Shown here: positions 61,455 through 64,000 of the stretch, in pieces | Layout: the number at the start of each line of letters is the position of its first letter | Numbering within the stretch: position 1 is the stretch's first letter | NCBI GenBank assembly: GCA_041738615.1 | Contig: JBGSPL010000001.1 | Span: forward strand, 10,706 to 74,705 | Length of the DNA: 64,000 bases | From: Patescibacteria group bacterium | Lineage (GTDB): Bacteria; Patescibacteriota; CPR2; UBA1875; CAIMLA01 | Direction: 5' to 3' | Made by a program: the position numbers and the translations under genes | The notes under the pieces: generated by a model | The model's input: only the letters and a program-made list of their open reading frames with translations | The model's database searches: none | What the model was told of the DNA's origin: nothing

Positions 61455-61991
61455 ATGATGAGAGATACAAACCCAAGAGACAGAAAAAATCAGGAATTTG
61501 GTGAAGCACCAGAGTTCGAAGAAAAGGTAGTTTCTATCGACCGTGTTACTCGCGTAGTAAAGGGCGGACGTAGACTACGTTTCCGCGCGACTGTAGTTGT
61601 TGGAAACAAAAAGGGCAAAGTCGGAGTTGGTGTAGACAAGGGTAACGAAGTTATGACAGCAGTCCAAAAGGCTGTAGCACGTGCAAAACGTGACATGATC
61701 GAGGTAAACCTAACAGGTACTACTATCGCTCATGAGCTTTCCGCTCGTAAGGGTGGGGCGTATGTTTTCCTAAAGCCAGCTTCTGAAGGTACCGGAGTTA
61801 TCGCCGGTGGGGCCGTTCGTGCCGTACTGGAAGCCGCTGGAGTCCGTGATATCCTATCCAAAATGATTGGCTCAAATTCCAAAATCAACAATGCATATGC
61901 CACAATTTTGGCACTTAAAGACCTAAAGGCTACACCGGTTTCTTCGAAGACAAAAGTCGAGAAGGTTGTAGTAGAAGACGAGGCCAAATAA
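61455..61991 (+). CDS. rpsE: 30S ribosomal protein S5
   Basis: [21 protein letters not shown]. Confidence 0.99.
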   Translation: MMRDTNPRDRKNQEFGEAPEFEEKVVSIDRVTRVVKGGRRLRFRATVVVGNKKGKVGVGVDKGNEVMTAVQKAVARAKRDMIEVNLTGTTIAHELSARKGGAYVFLKPASEGTGVIAGGAVRAVLEAAGVRDILSKMIGSNSKINNAYATILALKDLKATPVSSKTKVEKVVVEDEAK

Positions 61992-62449
61992 TGAAATTAG
62001 AATCACTTTTTGGAAATATCAAGCAAGATAATAAGCGCGTAGGTCGCGGTATTGGTTCCGGTAAGGGTAAGACCGCTGGTCGTGGTACCAAGGGTCAGCT
62101 TTCCCGAACTGGTAAAAAGATTCGTCCCGGTTTCGAGGGTGGACAGCTTCCACTTGCACAGCGCGTGCCAAAGAAGCCTGGTTTCAAGGCTCTTACAGCC
62201 AAGGCTACTACCTTGCCTCTTGATAAGTTCAATCACCTAAAGAAGGGGAGCAAAGTTACTGTTGAGACCCTGGTTGCCGAAGGCATGATTGCAAATATTC
62301 GCGCAAGGTACAAGGTTGTCCTTAGCACTAAATACACTAATGAACTTGTTTTCGATCTAGAAAAAATGAGTGAAGCCGCAAGACTTGTTGCTACACCAGT
62401 GAAGAAGACCGAAAAGGTTGCCGAAAAAGCCACTACTGATAAAAACTAA
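61991..62449 (+). CDS. rplO: 50S ribosomal protein L15
   Basis: [28 protein letters not shown]. Confidence 0.97.
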   Translation: MKLESLFGNIKQDNKRVGRGIGSGKGKTAGRGTKGQLSRTGKKIRPGFEGGQLPLAQRVPKKPGFKALTAKATTLPLDKFNHLKKGSKVTVETLVAEGMIANIRARYKVVLSTKYTNELVFDLEKMSEAARLVATPVKKTEKVAEKATTDKN

Positions 62450-62478
62450 ACCTCATATTTGAGGAAGGGGGATATCTG

Positions 62479-63789
62479 ATGGGCTACTTAAAGAAAATAT
62501 TTGCGAGTCGTGATCTACTCAAGAAGATTGCCTATGTTATGGGTCTTCTGCTCGTATATCGCGTTATTTCGCATATTCCAATTCCTGGTCCAGATCCAGC
62601 TCTGGTACGTCAGTTTCTCTCGACGACTTTCTCTAGTAACGCAGTGCTCTCTTTTCTCGACATCTTTTCCGGAGGGAGTATAAGCCGTTTTTCTATTGCC
62701 ATGCTGGCCGTAGGCCCATACATCACGGCTTCTATTATTATGCAGCTTCTCACTATTATCGTCCCTAGCTTTGAAAGCCTTTCGAAAGAGGGGGAGCAGG
62801 GACGCAACAAGATCAATCAATACTCACGACTTATTGCGATTCCGATCGCTCTAGTAGAGGGCTTTGGTATGATTAGGCTCCTTCAGAGTGCGAGTAGCGG
62901 TGCAAACCTTACATTCTTAAACAACCTTAGTATTTGGCAGTGGTCGATAATGCTTACTAGTATCACCGCTGGTACCATGCTTCTTATGTGGCTCGGCGAG
63001 CTCATTACAGAGAAGGGGATTGGTAATGGAATCAGTATGATTATCTTTGCCGGTATCATCGCTAGGCTACCACAGACTATCGGTCAACAGATTCAAAAGC
63101 TTTTTATCGGCGAATTCCAAAGCACCGAACTAGTGAAAATTTTGGCTGTTGCAGTACTGGCAGTGGTAGTTATCGGTCTCATCGTACTAATTACCGAGGC
63201 GCTGCGCAAAATTCCGATTTCCTATGCCAAAAAGATGCGTGGCGATAAGCTCTACGGTGGTATCGACACTTTTTTGCCACTCCGGCTCAATATGTCAGGA
63301 GTTATCCCAATCATTTTCGCGAGCGCTTTTATGAATGTGCCTTCTATGATTGGCTTCCTGTCTAGTGCTAAGACCGCGTGGCTTGCCAGCAGTGCCAAAT
63401 GGATTCAGACGACATTTGCACCAAGTACAAACCCCTACGCAGTGGCGCTATTTCTCCTGGTATTTACCTTTACGTTCTTTTCTACCTTTATCTACTTTAA
63501 GCCCAACGAGGTAGCAGAGAATCTACAAAAACAAGGAGGATTTATCCCAGGCATTCGTCCAGGGACTCAGACCGAGAAGTACCTAAACTTTATGATCAAC
63601 CGTATTACACTATGGGGCGCAATGTTCCTATCGCTCATCGCGGTACTCCCATTTGCCCTAAAACCACTCACAGGTGACGCCAATCTGACAGTAGGCGGCA
63701 CAGGGGTCCTGATTGTAGTGGGTGTTGCTATCGAGATCAAGAATCAACTTGATGCGCAGCTAATCACTAGAAGCTACGATGAGTTCTAG
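62479..63789 (+). CDS. secY: Preprotein translocase SecY
   Basis: PYITASIIMQLL, WLGELITEKGIGNG, FIPGIRPG, GGT..LIVVGV. Confidence 0.99.
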   Translation: MGYLKKIFASRDLLKKIAYVMGLLLVYRVISHIPIPGPDPALVRQFLSTTFSSNAVLSFLDIFSGGSISRFSIAMLAVGPYITASIIMQLLTIIVPSFESLSKEGEQGRNKINQYSRLIAIPIALVEGFGMIRLLQSASSGANLTFLNNLSIWQWSIMLTSITAGTMLLMWLGELITEKGIGNGISMIIFAGIIARLPQTIGQQIQKLFIGEFQSTELVKILAVAVLAVVVIGLIVLITEALRKIPISYAKKMRGDKLYGGIDTFLPLRLNMSGVIPIIFASAFMNVPSMIGFLSSAKTAWLASSAKWIQTTFAPSTNPYAVALFLLVFTFTFFSTFIYFKPNEVAENLQKQGGFIPGIRPGTQTEKYLNFMINRITLWGAMFLSLIAVLPFALKPLTGDANLTVGGTGVLIVVGVAIEIKNQLDAQLITRSYDEF

Positions 63790-63796
63790 AAAACTC

Positions 63797-63825
63797 TTGT
63801 CAAAAGGCCCCAAGATGTGTATAAT
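63797..63825 (+). promoter_or_regulatory. infA promoter
   Basis: TTGTCA-17-TATAAT. Confidence 0.75.
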
Positions 63826-63860
63826 TTATAACTGTCACGAGAAGGACATAGTAAACAGTA

Positions 63861-64000
63861 ATGAGTGAAACAAAGGAAGTAATTGAACTGACAGGAACCG
63901 TCCTTGAGACCCTTCCGAACGCAATGTTTCGGGTAGAGCTAGAGAACGGGCATGTTATTTTAGCGCATATTTCAGGAAAAATGAGAATGCACTATATAAA
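63861..64000 (+). CDS. infA: Translation initiation factor IF-1 (3' end outside window)
   Basis: Manual translation [46 protein letters not shown]. Confidence 0.95.
   Translation, partial: MSETKEVIELTGTVLETLPNAMFRVELENGHVILAHISGKMRMHYI

Overview
Core-genome window of a small-genome bacterium, most likely CPR/Patescibacteria (inferred from the missing rpmD/uL30 between rpsE and rplO and the compact gene packing). TGA is used as a stop, so code 11. Contents in order: 5'-truncated family-5 ABC solute-binding protein; six-tRNA cluster; LysM protein, lemA, htpX, ligA; a long gatC-gatA-cyclophilin-HEPN-like-gatB-mscS-HEPN-like paralog-Nudix-ITPase-cutA operon; dnaE, rplS, rnhB, yraN, nusA, clpC, PIN/TRAM, murB; class A PBP (minus strand); tyrS, recG, comEA, tRNA-Leu, trxA, tig, clpP, Nif3-like; rpoBC; str, S10 and spc ribosomal clusters to secY and partial infA. 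Non-core signals: (1) four GC-richer self-contained cassettes (own sigma70 promoter, orphan ORFs, GC-rich hairpins), two of which split fusA|tuf and rpsJ|rplC and share an upstream module of REP-like palindrome plus covarying hairpin element, one with a perfect 51-bp direct repeat around an ORF; (2) a family of three paralogous orphan microproteins in these cassettes; (3) an intact R-x4-H HEPN-like membrane protein and a motif-dead paralog in the gat operon; (4) an unidentified ~290-nt structured ncRNA candidate on the minus strand after murB. All calls are by eye from the sequence and ORF track; no searches were run.
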